Shown in pieces: positions 15,268 to 23,282 of a DNA stretch of 24,000 nt. The number at the start of each line of letters is the position of its first letter. Positions within the stretch are counted from its first letter, which is position 1. Location of the stretch: positions 1,788,136 through 1,812,135 of the forward strand of contig NZ_FNLF01000002.1 in NCBI RefSeq assembly GCF_900103175.1, in the 5' to 3' direction. Under the pieces are notes generated by a model that searched no databases, had not been told where the DNA came from, and saw only the letters and a list, made by a program, of their open reading frames with translations. The DNA comes from Tsukamurella pulmonis. GTDB lineage: Bacteria > Actinomycetota > Actinomycetes > Mycobacteriales > Mycobacteriaceae. A program made the translations under genes and the position numbers.

Positions 15268-15484
15268 TCAGTCACAAAAAGATAAGGATCAGTGTTCCTC
15301 AATCTCAGACGTGCGCATCACCGTGCGTAGGGGAGTCGCTCCGTGCTGGGGTGTCGCCGCACTCGAACAGGCGCGGTCCGACCCGGCGGGGCGTTCACCG
15401 AACGCGGCGTCGACCATGGGATTCGCGTCTATCGGTCGCGACGATGAGGAGCGCCCAGATGTCAGTGACGCGGGCAGCCATCAC

Positions 15485-16237
15485 TCAGCGCCAGCGGGCG
15501 AGCAGTTCGTTCGATCGTTCCGTGAGTGCCATCTGCCAGATCGGGCCGAAGCTGATCCGGCCCGCGCCGGCGGCGGCGAGAGCGGCCAGATCGTCGCTCG
15601 CGGGGTTCGCGATCGCGTTCACAGGGAGCGGCAGGGCGTCCGCGAGGTGGCGGAGCGTGGCCGCGTCGTGGAACGCGACCGGGTACAGCGAGTCGGCGCC
15701 CGCGTCGGCGCACAGCTGCATCCGCGCGATGGCCCGCTCTACGCGATCCTCCGCCTCACCCACCTGGTTCTTGAAGATGTCCGTACGGGCATTGATCACC
15801 ACGTGCACGCCCGCGGCGTCGGCGGCGGCGCGCAGCGCGGCGACCAGGTCGGCGTGCTCCTGCGCGTCGCGGAACCGACCGCCCTCGGAGTGCACGGTGT
15901 CCTCGATGTTCAGGCCCACCGCGCCGGCGCCCAGCAGACCCTCGATGAGCCGCTCCGCGGGCCGGCCGTAGCCGGACTCGATGTCGACGGACACGGGCAC
16001 GTCGACGGCGGCGGTGATCTGCGCGACGCGGGTCATCGCCTCGTCGAAGGTCATGCCCTCGCCGTCGGGCCGGCCGATCGAATCTGCCATCGGATGCGAT
16101 CCGACGGTGAGCGCCGCGAAGCCCGCGGCGACCGCGGTACGGGCCGACCACGCGTCCCACGTGGTCGGCAGGACGACGGGATCGCCCTTGCGGTGCAGGG
16201 ACTTCAGGGTGGTGGCCAGATCGGCGAGCGATGTCAT
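15485..16237 (-). CDS. Isocitrate lyase / PEP mutase superfamily protein (2-methylisocitrate-lyase-like), 250 aa
   Basis: Motifs present: VVLPTTWDAWSA, VSVDIESGYG, GLNIEDT and VINARTD. Only the last 250 codons of the 932-aa track ORF are supported. An in-frame ATG at 16255 is an alternative start. Confidence 0.8.
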   Translation of the reverse strand: MTSLADLATTLKSLHRKGDPVVLPTTWDAWSARTAVAAGFAALTVGSHPMADSIGRPDGEGMTFDEAMTRVAQITAAVDVPVSVDIESGYGRPAERLIEGLLGAGAVGLNIEDTVHSEGGRFRDAQEHADLVAALRAAADAAGVHVVINARTDIFKNQVGEAEDRVERAIARMQLCADAGADSLYPVAFHDAATLRHLADALPLPVNAIANPASDDLAALAAAGAGRISFGPIWQMALTERSNELLARWR

Positions 16238-16330
16238 GACACCAGTCTGGTGCATCCGCGCGGCGTGCGCACCGCTTCGGGTCGGACCGTCGTGCCTCCC
16301 GCGAAGGACCTGCCTGGATAGGGTGATTCG

Positions 16331-18322
16331 ATGTTGGACACACAGCCGGGTCCGCTGCGGCCCGTCGAACTCGCCCACGCCGCCGTCACCGCCGCACTGA
16401 TGTCCGCCATCGCGGTGCTCTCCATGGTTGTCCCGGGCGCCGTCGCCTTCGCCTGGGCCGGCGCGGTTCCCATGGGCGTACTCGCCTTCCACCACCGCGC
16501 CAGGGTCGCGCTCGCGACCGCGATCGCCGCGGGCACGGTCTCCTTCCTCCTGGCGGGGTTCGGCGGCCTGGTCTCGGCGTGGACGTGCGTCTACATGGGC
16601 GTGATCTGCGGTCAGGTGCGCCGCCGCGAGCGGGGCCGCGGCACGATGCTCGCCGTCGCCGCGGTGTGGGGTGTCGTCGTCTCCTCGGCGGTGTTCGCCT
16701 TCCTCGCGGTGTTCGCCGACTTGCGCACCGTGGTGCTCGGCGCGTTCGCGGCGAACGTGCACGGGCTGGGCGCGGTGCTCGAGCCGGTGCCGGGGCTCTC
16801 CGGTGCCGGCGCGGCGCTGCACCGGCTCGCCGACTTCGGGCTCGAACGGTGGCAGGCCTTCGTGCTGGTGTCCGTCTGGTTGATCGTCGTCATCGGGTGC
16901 TCCTTCGCGTGGCGGATCCTCACCCCGGTACTGCGCCGGGTACGGGCCACGAGCGCGGCGCCGCGCGACCTGTTCACCCCCGAGGACGGCACGGAACCGC
17001 CCGGCCCGCTGCCGATGACGCTGCGGGGCGTCGACTTCCGCTATCCGGGTGCCGACCACGACACCCTCGCCGGCGTCTCGTTCACGGTGCGGGCGGGCGA
17101 TCACGTCGCGGTGACCGGTGCCAACGGCACCGGCAAGTCGACGCTCATGCGGGTGCTCGCCGGGCTCGCGCCGACGGGCGGCACCGTCGAACGACGCGGG
17201 GCGGTGGGCCTCGGCCGGGTCGGCGGGACGGCCCTCGTGCTGCAGCACGCCGACAGTCAGGTGCTCGGAATCCGGGTCGCCGACGACGTCGTGTGGGGAC
17301 TGCCCGAGGAGACCGAGGTGGACGTCGACGGCCTGCTCGCCGAGGTCGGTCTCGCCGGCATGGGGGACCGGGACACGTCGGGGCTCTCCGGCGGCGAGGC
17401 CCAGCGTCTCGCGGTGGCCGCGGCACTGGCCCGGCGGCCGGCCCTCGTCGTCGCCGACGAGGTGACGACGATGGTGGACCGCGACGGGCGGGGCGATCTG
17501 ATGGGCCTGCTGGGCGGCCTGACCCGCCACCACGACCTCGGCCTGGTCAACATCACGCACTACCCGGAGGAGGCGGACGGGGCGGACCGCACCGTCGACC
17601 TGGGGGAGGCGCAACGCGCTTCCGTGCCGCTGCCGGAGTCCGCGCCGGGCCGTCGCGCGCCGCTCGGCGGCGTGGTGCTCGCGGTGCGCGGCGTGCGCTA
17701 CGAGTACGACGCCGGCACCCCATGGCGCCGAGAGGCCCTGCGCGGCGTGGACTTCGAGGTGCGGGAGGGCGAGGCGGTCCTGCTGTGCGGCGGCAACGGT
17801 TCGGGCAAGTCGACGCTCGCCTGGGTGATGGCGGGGCTGCTGGCGCCCACGGCCGGCACCTGCGAGCTCGACGGTGCGCCGGTCGCGGACCACGTCGGAG
17901 CGGTCGCGCTCGCGCTGCAGGCTGCGCGCCTGCAGCTGATGCGGGGCACCGCCGGGGACGCCCTCGCAGCGCTCGCGGGCTACCGCAGTGACGACGACGG
18001 GGCCATCGGGCGGGCGCTCGCCGCGGTGGGGCTGCCCGCGAAAACGGCGGGCCTGCTGGTGGATCGGCTCAGCGGCGGCCAGCTCCGCCGGGTCGCGCTC
18101 GCGGGCCTGCTCGCCCGCGCGCCGCGCCTGCTGATCCTCGACGAGCCGCTCGCGGGGCTCGATCTGCCCTCCCAGCGGGAGCTGATCGAGCTGCTGATCG
18201 GCATCCGGGACCGCGGTCAGGCGCTGGTGATCATCTCGCACGACGTCGATCATCTCGATCGGTTGTGGGACAGGACGATCCACCTCGCCGGTGGGCGGAT
18301 CGAGACCGAGGAGGCGGCGTGA
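16331..18322 (+). CDS. ECF-type ABC transporter fusion protein: N-terminal membrane domain plus two ATPase domains (EcfA-EcfA'-like), 663 aa
   Basis: Residues 1 to ~205 are hydrophobic, with about 5-6 TM segments by eye. Two NBDs follow. Walker A: GANGTGKST and GGNGSGKST. Signature: LSGGEAQRL and LSGGQLRRV. Walker B: LVVADE and LLILDE. H-loop: ITHY and ISHD. The architecture resembles M. tuberculosis Rv2326c (from memory). Confidence 0.85.
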   Translation: MLDTQPGPLRPVELAHAAVTAALMSAIAVLSMVVPGAVAFAWAGAVPMGVLAFHHRARVALATAIAAGTVSFLLAGFGGLVSAWTCVYMGVICGQVRRRERGRGTMLAVAAVWGVVVSSAVFAFLAVFADLRTVVLGAFAANVHGLGAVLEPVPGLSGAGAALHRLADFGLERWQAFVLVSVWLIVVIGCSFAWRILTPVLRRVRATSAAPRDLFTPEDGTEPPGPLPMTLRGVDFRYPGADHDTLAGVSFTVRAGDHVAVTGANGTGKSTLMRVLAGLAPTGGTVERRGAVGLGRVGGTALVLQHADSQVLGIRVADDVVWGLPEETEVDVDGLLAEVGLAGMGDRDTSGLSGGEAQRLAVAAALARRPALVVADEVTTMVDRDGRGDLMGLLGGLTRHHDLGLVNITHYPEEADGADRTVDLGEAQRASVPLPESAPGRRAPLGGVVLAVRGVRYEYDAGTPWRREALRGVDFEVREGEAVLLCGGNGSGKSTLAWVMAGLLAPTAGTCELDGAPVADHVGAVALALQAARLQLMRGTAGDALAALAGYRSDDDGAIGRALAAVGLPAKTAGLLVDRLSGGQLRRVALAGLLARAPRLLILDEPLAGLDLPSQRELIELLIGIRDRGQALVIISHDVDHLDRLWDRTIHLAGGRIETEEAA

Positions 18323-19089
18323 GCAGATCGACCTCCCTCGTCCTGCGGCCGTTGCCGCAGCGGTCCTACCTGCACGAGCTGTGGGCCGGGACCAAGCTGC
18401 TCGCCGTGGCCGCGCTGTCCGTGGTGCTCACCGTCGCGCCGAGCTGGCCGGTGGTGGGGCTCTTCGCCGTGCTCCTGGTGCTCGCCGCCGCGGCCGCGCG
18501 GATCCCGCTGTCCGTCGTGCCGGGCGTGCCCCGCTGGGTCCTCGTGGTCACCGCGATCGGCGGTGGCCTGATGGTGGCCAGCGGTGGGGCGCCGTTCGTG
18601 CACCTGGGCGCGGTGTCGCTGGGCCTCGGCGGGCTCTCGAACCTGCTGCGCATCGTGTTGCTGGGGTTGGTGCTGCTCGGCGCGGGCGCGCTGATCGCGT
18701 GGACCACCGACCCCGCGGATGTGGCACCCGCCGTCGCCCGGCTGATGCGGCCGCTGCGCCCGCTGCGCGTTCCGGTGGACGAGTGGGCGGTCACGCTGGC
18801 TCTCGCCCTGCGTACGTTCCCGCTGATGCTCGACGAGTTCCGCACGCTGGCCGCGGCGCGGAGGTTGCAGCCGCCGCCCCCGGTGCAGCGCTCACGCCGG
18901 GCCGATCTGGTGGACCTGTGCGTCGCCGCGATGGTGGTGGCCCTGCGCCGTGCCACCGAGATGGGCGAGGCGATCGCCGCGCGCGGCGGGACGGGCCGAC
19001 TCGTCGCCCGCACACAGGGGCCGGGCCGTCGCGACGCGGTCGCCGCCGCCTTGGTGGGCGCGGCCTGCGTTCTCGCCCTGGCCCTCTGA
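18319..19089 (+). CDS. ecfT: Energy-coupling factor transporter transmembrane subunit EcfT/CbiQ family, 256 aa
   Basis: A polytopic membrane protein with the CbiQ-like region VARLMRPLRPLRVPVDEWAVTLALALRTFP. The GTG at 18319 is preceded by GAGGAG and overlaps the upstream stop (GTGA). Confidence 0.8.
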   Translation: MSRSTSLVLRPLPQRSYLHELWAGTKLLAVAALSVVLTVAPSWPVVGLFAVLLVLAAAAARIPLSVVPGVPRWVLVVTAIGGGLMVASGGAPFVHLGAVSLGLGGLSNLLRIVLLGLVLLGAGALIAWTTDPADVAPAVARLMRPLRPLRVPVDEWAVTLALALRTFPLMLDEFRTLAAARRLQPPPPVQRSRRADLVDLCVAAMVVALRRATEMGEAIAARGGTGRLVARTQGPGRRDAVAAALVGAACVLALAL

Positions 19090-19092
19090 CGA

Positions 19093-19128
19093 CCGATGCC
19101 CGACGGTGCGGGCACCGTCGGGCATCGG
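19093..19128. terminator. Bidirectional intrinsic-terminator-like hairpin between convergent ecfT and ectC
   Basis: CCGATGCCCGACGGTG cggg CACCGTCGGGCATCGG is a perfect 16-bp stem with a 4-nt loop. It lies 3 nt after the ecfT stop and 10 nt after the ectC stop. No clear U-tract is present, which is common in high-GC actinobacteria. Confidence 0.6.
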
Positions 19129-19138
19129 AGGGGGTGGA

Positions 19139-19528
19139 TCAGTCGACCGCGACCAGCGGGTAGACGCCGTTCTCGTCGTGCACCTCGGTGCCGACGACGG
19201 GCGGGTTGAACACGCACAGCATGCGCATCCGGGTCCTCGTGGTCACCGTGTGCCGCTCGTGGCCGTCGAGCAGGTACATCGTGCCGGGGGCCAGCGGGTA
19301 CTCGACGCCGGTCTCCCGGTCGAGCAGGGTGCCCTCGCCCTCCACGAGCCACACGGCCTCCACGTGGTTGGCGTAGTGGAACTCGTTGACGGTGCCGGGC
19401 TCGATCACGGTCTCGTGGAACGAGAAGCCGACCCTGTCGCCGCCGAGGACGATGCGCTTGCTGCGCCAGTGGCCCGCGGCGACGTCGCGCTCGGTGCCGG
19501 TGATCTCGTCGGTGGTACGAACGATCAT
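19139..19528 (-). CDS. ectC: L-ectoine synthase EctC, 129 aa
   Basis: A cupin protein, [16 protein letters not shown]...WRSKRIVL...[10 protein letters not shown]....HY.NHVEAVW..EGEG, typical of EctC. The ATG overlaps the ectB stop (ATGA at 19525-19528). Only the last 129 codons of the 365-aa track ORF are supported. Confidence 0.9.
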   Translation of the reverse strand: MIVRTTDEITGTERDVAAGHWRSKRIVLGGDRVGFSFHETVIEPGTVNEFHYANHVEAVWLVEGEGTLLDRETGVEYPLAPGTMYLLDGHERHTVTTRTRMRMLCVFNPPVVGTEVHDENGVYPLVAVD

Positions 19529-20823
19529 GCGGACAGAACCTTTCGGGTCGCGGTGGCCAGGATGTCCAGGCCGAGGTCGAGTTCGGAGTCGGTGATGGTC
19601 AGCGGCGGCAGCAGCTTGACCACCTCGTCGGAGGGGCCGGAGGTCTCCGCGAGCAGGCCCTGCTCGTAAGCGGCGCCGCAGACCTCGCCGGCCTTGTCGG
19701 CGTCGGTGAAGACCAGGCCCTGCACCATGCCGCGGCCGCGGTGGCTCAGCTGCTCCGGGAACTCGGCGCACAGCTCCTCGAAGCGCTTCTCGATGTGAGC
19801 GCCCTTGCGGAGCGTCTCCTTCTCGAACGTGTCGTCCGACCAGAACTCGTCGATCGCGTGCTTGGCGGTGACGAAGGCGGGGTTGTTGCCGCGGAAGGTG
19901 CCGTTGTGCTCGCCCGGGCCCCAGACGTCCAGCTCCGGCTTCATCAGCGTCAGTGCCATCGGCAGGCCGTATCCGCCGATCGACTTGGACAGCGTCACGA
20001 TGTCGGGCGTGATGCCGGCGGCCTCGAACGAGAAGAACGGACCGGTACGGCCGCAGCCCATCTGGACGTCGTCGACGATGAGCAGCATGTCGTGGCGCTC
20101 GCACAGCTCGGAGAGCGCGCGCAGCCACTCGGGGCGCGCGACGTTGACGCCGCCCTCGCCCTGCACGGTCTCGACGATGACGCCCGCGGGCTTGTTGAGG
20201 CCACTGCCGGAGTCGGCGAGCACGGCCTCGAACCACTGGAAGTCGGGCGCGACGCCGTCGAAGTAGTTGTCGAAGGGCATCGGCGTGGCGTGCACCAGCG
20301 GGATGCCGGCGCCGCCGCGCTTCATCGAGTTACCGGTCACCGACAGCGCACCCAGGGTCATGCCGTGGAAGGCGTTGGTGAAGTTGATGATCGACTCGCG
20401 ACCCTTCACCTTGCGGGCCAGCTTCAGCGCGGCCTCGACGGTGTTGGTGCCCGTCGGGCCGGGGAACTGCACCTTGTAGTCCAGACCGCGGGGCCGCAGG
20501 ATCTTGTCCTCGAAGGTCTGCAGGAACTCGCCCTTGGCAACGGTGGACATGTCCAGCGAGTGGGTGATGTGCCCCTCGGAGATGTAGTCCACCAGAGCCT
20601 GCTTGAGCTTGGGGTGGTTGTGCCCGTAGTTGAGGGCACCGGCGCCGGCGAAGAAGTCGAGGTAGCGGCGGCCGTCGCGGTCGATGAGCCATGAGCCCTC
20701 GGCCCGATCGAACACCGCGGGCCAGCCGCGCGAGTAGCTGCGCACCTGCGACTCGCGGGTGCTGAAGATCGAGGGCTGCTCGAAATCTGCAGTGCTGGTG
20801 TGATCGTCGGTCACGGTTGCCAT
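19525..20823 (-). CDS. ectB: Diaminobutyrate--2-oxoglutarate transaminase EctB, 432 aa
   Basis: A class-III aminotransferase with [13 protein letters not shown]-type N-terminus (here [16 protein letters not shown]), [11 protein letters not shown], and the PLP-Lys motif [10 protein letters not shown]. The ATG at 20823 is preceded by AGGAGG. Confidence 0.9.
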   Translation of the reverse strand: MATVTDDHTSTADFEQPSIFSTRESQVRSYSRGWPAVFDRAEGSWLIDRDGRRYLDFFAGAGALNYGHNHPKLKQALVDYISEGHITHSLDMSTVAKGEFLQTFEDKILRPRGLDYKVQFPGPTGTNTVEAALKLARKVKGRESIINFTNAFHGMTLGALSVTGNSMKRGGAGIPLVHATPMPFDNYFDGVAPDFQWFEAVLADSGSGLNKPAGVIVETVQGEGGVNVARPEWLRALSELCERHDMLLIVDDVQMGCGRTGPFFSFEAAGITPDIVTLSKSIGGYGLPMALTLMKPELDVWGPGEHNGTFRGNNPAFVTAKHAIDEFWSDDTFEKETLRKGAHIEKRFEELCAEFPEQLSHRGRGMVQGLVFTDADKAGEVCGAAYEQGLLAETSGPSDEVVKLLPPLTITDSELDLGLDILATATRKVLSA

Positions 20824-20860
20824 GGTGATCCTCCTAGTGGGCCGTGCAGCGCCCCGCGCA

Positions 20861-21391
20861 TCAGGCGGGGTCGATGGTGTACAGCTGCTCGGGATCGTGT
20901 GGTTCGGAATCAATGGGGGAGATGTGGTGCGAGGCGAAGAGGTCGCTCACCGCGAGGGTGGAGCCGCGCTTCTTCGCCACTGCGCCGAAGAGCTGTTGGG
21001 ACGCTGTGTTGTCCGCGGTGATCGTGGTCTCCAGGCGGGTAACGCCCTCCACCGCAAGACGGTCCAACAGATCGATGAGCATGCGGGATGCGATGCCGTG
21101 GCCGCGATGCGCGGCGTCCACAGCGACCTGCCACACGAACAGGGTGTCCGGGCGGTCGGGTCGGCGGTAGCCCGTGACGAATCCGGCCACGGCACCGTCG
21201 CGTTCGGCGACGATCGACGAGGCGGCGAAGTCACGGCACAACAAGGTGTACGCATACGTCGAGTTGAGATCGAGAACCTCGGTATCGCGGGCGATTTCCC
21301 AGAGCCGAATCCCGTCGTCGATAGACGGGCGGCGAGTGGAAACCCCCGCTTCCGCGGTGGTGGTGGGATCGCTCTTGTGAGACGGGCTCAT
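20861..21391 (-). CDS. ectA: L-2,4-diaminobutyrate acetyltransferase EctA (GNAT), about 176 aa
   Basis: A GNAT core (VWQVAVDAAHRGHGIASRML) with the EctA-like N-terminal region LDLNSTYAYTLLCRDF. It lies upstream of ectB-ectC. The start is uncertain: ATG at 21391 or TTG at 21409. Confidence 0.85.
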   Translation of the reverse strand: MSPSHKSDPTTTAEAGVSTRRPSIDDGIRLWEIARDTEVLDLNSTYAYTLLCRDFAASSIVAERDGAVAGFVTGYRRPDRPDTLFVWQVAVDAAHRGHGIASRMLIDLLDRLAVEGVTRLETTITADNTASQQLFGAVAKKRGSTLAVSDLFASHHISPIDSEPHDPEQLYTIDPA

Positions 21392-21500
21392 CGCATTCGA
21401 CGCTAACAACCGGCTCTGAGGAAGTCACCCGCGCTTCGGAATCGGTCACCGGAACGCCGAAGTATCCCCAGCGAGTCGGGTCAATGTGAGATGGGTCACA

Positions 21501-22382
21501 TCACGGCCGCGACGCAGCGGTCCGCGCCAGCGAACCGGCCTCCAGGGCCGCCCACAGCGCACCGTCGGGGCCGAGCGCGATGCCGTGCGGCTCCGACGCC
21601 GCTCGGGGAAGCTCGTACCTGCGGATTCGCCCCTCGGGGTCGATCGAGCCGAGGGCGTTCCCGGCCCACTCGGTGAACCACATCCGCTCGTCCGCGCCCG
21701 CGCAGATGCCGTGCGGGCGGGCCGCGGGGTCGGCGAGGGGGAAGTGCGTCACGGCACCGTCGGCCGTGATCCGGCCGATGCGTCCGGCGCCGATCTCCGC
21801 GAACCACAGCGCGCCGTCGGGGCCCGCGGCGATCCCGACCGGTGCGCTCCCCGCGTCGAGGCCGAACGTCGTGACCGCCCCGTCGAGGGTGATCCGGCCG
21901 ATCGCGTCGGCCTGGTTGAGGGTGAACCAGAGCGCGTCGTCGGGGCCGGCGGCGATCGCGGAGGGGAAGGCTCCGGGGACCGGCAGGTCGAACTCGGTGA
22001 GATCGCCCGCGGGCGTGAGTCGCCCGATGCGGTCGGTCGCGGTCGCGGTGAACCACAGGGCGCCGTCCGCGCCGGTGGCGATGCCGAACGGGCCGGGGCC
22101 GACGTCCGCGGGGAGGTCGATGTGGGAGACCTCGCCGGAGACGGTGATCCGTCCGAGGCGGTGCGCGCGGTACTCGGTGAACCAGAGCGCGCCGTCGGGG
22201 CCGGTCGTGATGATCGTGGGACCGGACTCGGGGCCCACGGGGTGCAGCACGGTCGTGCCGGTGGCGGGGTCGTGCCTGCCGATCTCGCCGCTCCCGACCA
22301 GCGTGAACCACAGTCCGCCGTCGGGGCCGGCGGTCAGTGCGTACGGCCCGGCACCGGGTACCTCGTGGAGCGTGATCGTCAT
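21501..22382 (-). CDS. vgb: Virginiamycin (streptogramin) B lyase Vgb family, seven-bladed beta-propeller, 293 aa
   Basis: Seven repeats of about 42 aa are centred on GPDGALWFTE-like motifs. The residue environments recalled from S. aureus Vgb are conserved: GPYALT (Tyr), ARPHGI (His) and SEPHGI (Glu-x-His). The ATG overlaps the ribokinase stop (ATGA at 22379-22382). Confidence 0.85.
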   Translation of the reverse strand: MTITLHEVPGAGPYALTAGPDGGLWFTLVGSGEIGRHDPATGTTVLHPVGPESGPTIITTGPDGALWFTEYRAHRLGRITVSGEVSHIDLPADVGPGPFGIATGADGALWFTATATDRIGRLTPAGDLTEFDLPVPGAFPSAIAAGPDDALWFTLNQADAIGRITLDGAVTTFGLDAGSAPVGIAAGPDGALWFAEIGAGRIGRITADGAVTHFPLADPAARPHGICAGADERMWFTEWAGNALGSIDPEGRIRRYELPRAASEPHGIALGPDGALWAALEAGSLARTAASRP

Positions 22383-23242
22383 CGGGTGTTCTCCTGCGCG
22401 GCGAGGAAGGCGTCGACCTCGGCGGCCGTCGGCGCGGCCGCGGCACCGGCGGCGGTCGCGGTGAGGGCGCCCGCGGCGTTCGCCCGGCGCAGGCGCTCCG
22501 CGGGCGGCAGGTCCCAGTGCGCCGCGAGCGCGCCGGCGAAGGCGTCCCCGGCGCCGGTGGTGTCGACGACGTCGACGGCGAACCCGGGGGCCTCGACGGT
22601 CCCGCCCGGTCCGGTGGCCCGGGCACCGTCGCCGCCGAGGGTGGTGATCACGTGGGGCACGCGCGCGACCACGTCGGCGAGCGCCTTCTCCTCGTCGCGG
22701 TTGACGACGACGGCGTCGAGCAGCCCGACGAGCTCGTCGGGGAGGGCGCGCACGGGGGACGGGTTGAGCAGGACGACTGTGCCCGCCTCCCGCGCGGCGC
22801 GGGCGGCGTCGAGGACCGCGTCGAGCGGGATCTCCAGTTGCAGGAGCAGCACGTCCGCCTCGGCGATCGCGCGGCGCGACGCCTCTCCGACGGCCACCTC
22901 CGCGTTGGCGCCCGGGACCACGACGATGTGGTTCTCGCCCGCGCCGTCGACGGTGACGTTCGCGAAGCCGGTGCTGCCCGACACCCGCGCGACCCGCGAG
23001 ACGTCCACCTCAGCGCCCGCGAGCGAGTTCAGCACGGTCTCGGCGGCGTCGTCGTCGCCGACCGCGCCGATGAAGGCGGTCGGTGCGCCGGACCGCGCCG
23101 CGGACCGGGCCTGGTTCGCGCCCTTGCCGCCCTGGCCGAACGCGACGGAGAGGCCCGCCACGGTCTCGCCCGGGTGCGGGAAGCGTTCGCACACCGTGAC
23201 CGCATCGAGGTTCACGCTGCCCACCACGACCACCGACGTCAT
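22379..23242 (-). CDS. rbsK: Ribokinase / PfkB-family sugar kinase, 287 aa
   Basis: Motifs present: VVVGSVNLD N-terminus, GGKGANQA, and the C-terminal anion-hole/catalytic motif DTTGAGDAFAGAL. Confidence 0.8.
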   Translation of the reverse strand: MTSVVVVGSVNLDAVTVCERFPHPGETVAGLSVAFGQGGKGANQARSAARSGAPTAFIGAVGDDDAAETVLNSLAGAEVDVSRVARVSGSTGFANVTVDGAGENHIVVVPGANAEVAVGEASRRAIAEADVLLLQLEIPLDAVLDAARAAREAGTVVLLNPSPVRALPDELVGLLDAVVVNRDEEKALADVVARVPHVITTLGGDGARATGPGGTVEAPGFAVDVVDTTGAGDAFAGALAAHWDLPPAERLRRANAAGALTATAAGAAAAPTAAEVDAFLAAQENTR

Positions 23243-23282
23243 GCCCGCACCCTACGGCTCATCGCGGCCGTAGGCTCGGCGC

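Larger units (their letters stand above)
8780..15320. other. Compositionally distinct (lower-GC) genomic island carrying an sgc-type PTS locus
   Basis: Hand counts of individual 60-nt lines give about 48-67% GC inside the island (lines at 9181, 11341, 12001, 12721 and 13801). The flanks give about 78-82% (lines at 2401 and 17401). Both borders are AT-rich intergenic regions (8780-8905 and 15240-15310). No integrase, tRNA or convincing flanking repeat was seen. Confidence 0.6.

Noticed and set aside
16238-16330. Possible TPP-type riboswitch upstream of the ECF transporter (GACCGTCG...ACCTGCCTGGATAGGG resembles the ACCUGAUCUGGAUAAUGCC segment)
   Set aside because: The resemblance is limited to a few short words. 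The conserved CUGAGA element and the pairing partners are absent. The 93-nt divergent intergenic region is also too short to hold both a promoter and a complete aptamer.
16238-18283. N-terminal ~680 codons of the 932-aa minus-strand ORF (15485-18283)
   Set aside because: Only the last 250 codons (15485-16237) show PEP-mutase/ICL-family motifs. The remainder is antisense to the clearly real ECF ATPase gene, and its translation is low-complexity and Arg/Gly-rich.
21486-23273. 595-aa plus-strand ORF and the 376-aa minus-strand ORF (21496-22626) over the vgb/rbsK region
   Set aside because: Both are alternative-frame or antisense shadows of the Vgb-like and ribokinase genes. Their translations are low-complexity, rich in R, P, G and A. 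The chosen frames carry clear family motifs.
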